Positions 62,090-64,000 of a DNA stretch of 64,000 nucleotides are shown piece after piece. Under the pieces are notes generated by a model. The model was given only the letters and a program-made list of their open reading frames with translations. It was not told the origin of the DNA and did no database searches. The DNA comes from Phoronis australis (lineage: Eukaryota > Animalia > Phoronida), in NCBI GenBank assembly GCA_002633005.1, contig NMRA01000558.1, positions 10,441 to 74,440 of the forward strand, read 5' to 3'. Numbering within the stretch: position 1 is the first letter of the stretch; every line of letters starts with the position of its first letter. The position numbers and the translations under genes were made by a program.

Positions 62090-63400
62090 TATTAGATGAC
62101 TTTCTGAATATTTTCTTTTTTATTTCGCTTTTAAGTCATGCATATTCTTGTATAACAACCACCGAGTGAGATATTTTGTCAGCTGGTGTAATTATGTCCT
62201 CTTTGTTTTTAAGGACATCTGTGGGGACATCTTTCTCGTGTTTTGTAGTATACTTGTAAGCCATTAATAAATCGTTAGTAATAGCTTCAAGGTATCTTTC
62301 GAGTGGATGGGTTTGACTTTTGGTTGAATCCTAGTTGCTTTTCTCTTGAAAAGGTTATTTTCTAGGAGGATTTCTCATTTTCATCTTTGGTGGGATTGTC
62401 AAAATATTCTGCCAATCTAAGACGTCAAATTATAGTATAAATGTTATGAGTACCGGTAATTCGTCTTTATCGATATTTGGTTTGGTAGGACAGAAGTTAA
62501 GTCTTTAGGAGTAGGCTATTCTCATTATCTGTTAACTTACGGTTTGGTAACTTAACTACGTTGTTAGGATCGCAGGCCATTATTTTGTTAGTGGTTTGTC
62601 TGTGGAAACTTTAGTTACGCCTAACGTTTTTCATGGTCTTGTTGATATTGTCTTTTGACCGTAGAAGGTGGTTGTAGGCATTGGCTGTGATGAAATTGTT
62701 TTAGCGGCCTTAGAGGATCAGTACTGTCTTTTGGCCTTGTGGGGTAATACTTTTTTCAAATTAATGTGGTTTTTCTTGGGTGCTTTCACTTTGGGACTTG
62801 TTGAAGCTCGAACTTTTTGGTTGTGTAGAATGTTCCATGCGATGTAAACCACGTGTTTTTGTTATAGGTTTGTTTTTGCTCTTTGATCTTCAAAATGATT
62901 TCAATCCATTTGTCTGTTTAAAAGTCAATTTTTTCTTGAATATCTAGGCTTGCATTTTCTCGTGGAAGAGGTAGTGAACACGTGTCTTCTATTGTTTGAA
63001 TGAGACAACTAATAGTGTGCTTGCTTTCCAACAGGTTAAAATGCTGGTCGCGGTGCAGAAGTCGTATGGACTTATCTTTGCTCTTGGCTTTCTTTGAGGT
63101 ATATTTAATCCAGCATATGTAAATGGCGTTGTTGTAGGTTGTTGCTCTTCGATCTTCCAGTTACTTTAGTTCATTTGTCTGTTTTAAAGTCACCTTCATC
63201 TTGAATAACTGTCATCCCTTTTTCTTTAGGAAGAGGTGCCAAACACATGTCCTCTATTTGAAGAATGCCAATGTTTGGCTTTCTTTCAGGTTAAAATGCT
63301 GGTTGCGGTACAGTAGTATTATGGACTTCTTATCATTACTGTTGGTATTTCTTAGTTATATTTTACCCAGCATATTTTGCCACCAACTGTAATATTAACA
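62090..63400 (-). mobile_element. Decayed Penelope-like retroelement, N-terminal part of ORF
   Basis: Frameshifted motifs preceding the PLE reverse transcriptase: CPTKPNIDKDEL, RRLRLAEYF, PFQEKSN, PLERYLEAITNDL, LKNKEDIITPADK..VVVI. Confidence 0.7.
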
Positions 63401-63595
63401 TAGATGTCTAAATGGAAAACTGCACCTCTTGCCAGGATTTCAGCAATCTTGGGGACTGCCCATCATGTCAGCTCTAAGGTGGTACGATGATAAACATTCA
63501 GCGGTCTGTCTGAGGTACACAAAAGTGACGTGCGCCGTGGACGGCATTGATGTCGTGTGCTGTACAGGTACAGTACTGATCGAAAGTCTCTTCCT

Positions 63596-63700
63596 ATCGA
63601 ACGCGGCTAGGCCGCGTCCGGACACGGGTTCCAAACCGCGGTTGAACCGAGGCTAGCCGCAGTCCGGACTTCGTCTGACCGCGGTTAATCCAAAGTTAAG
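63596..63700. repeat. GC-rich imperfect inverted repeat (small MITE-like)
   Basis: GCGGCTAG..TCCGGA..AACCGCGGTT..CTAGCCGC..TCCGGA..ACCGCGGTT; palindrome-rich block. Confidence 0.4.
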
Positions 63701-64000
63701 TCGCGTCCGTGCTATGCCTTGGCTTTGTTTTTATTTCGCTCCGAAAGCTGGAAATACTGGGGGGTTACTGTAAGTAAGCGTATGATGAGGCGATTAAATG
63801 TTCTATGGCACATTGTACAACAGTTCATTATCAGATTTCGGTCGGGGTTTTAGACGTACATGTACGTGTGGGATATGTAAAGTTACTAATTCGTTACGTT
63901 TAATCTGACGTATAGCCAGTATCATCGACGTTGTACCTTTCCTGATCTCCGGGCCTGATCGCGATTTCATAATTGAACTTTCAGTTAACAGATTGAGTCA

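Overview
Eukaryotic, intron-rich, AT-rich animal DNA. A marine invertebrate, probably a mollusc or other lophotrochozoan, is inferred from gene and repeat content and is not proven. Three spliced protein-coding genes were reconstructed by hand with phase-consistent GT-AG exons. (1) A minus-strand class B (secretin/calcitonin-receptor-like) GPCR with an extra Cys-rich N-terminal module (15276->792; last exon not found, probably outside the window). (2) A minus-strand C2orf76/UPF0538 homologue whose ATG appears split by intron 1. (3) A plus-strand NFX1 (PAM2, RING/PHD, NF-X1 zinc fingers, R3H; 18 coding exons, ~1163 aa), head-to-head with C2orf76. Intergenic and intronic DNA carries many MITEs and SINE/LINE ends plus decayed hAT, THAP, CxxH-type DDE, BEL/Pao and Penelope-like elements. 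The most unusual feature is 55.9-61.0 kb: five degenerate copies of a His-Cys-box (I-PpoI-like His-Me finger) endonuclease gene, interleaved with co-oriented fragments resembling a DUF6589-like protein. These may be the scrambled remains of a two-gene mobile element. All family assignments come from motif recognition by eye; no searches were run.
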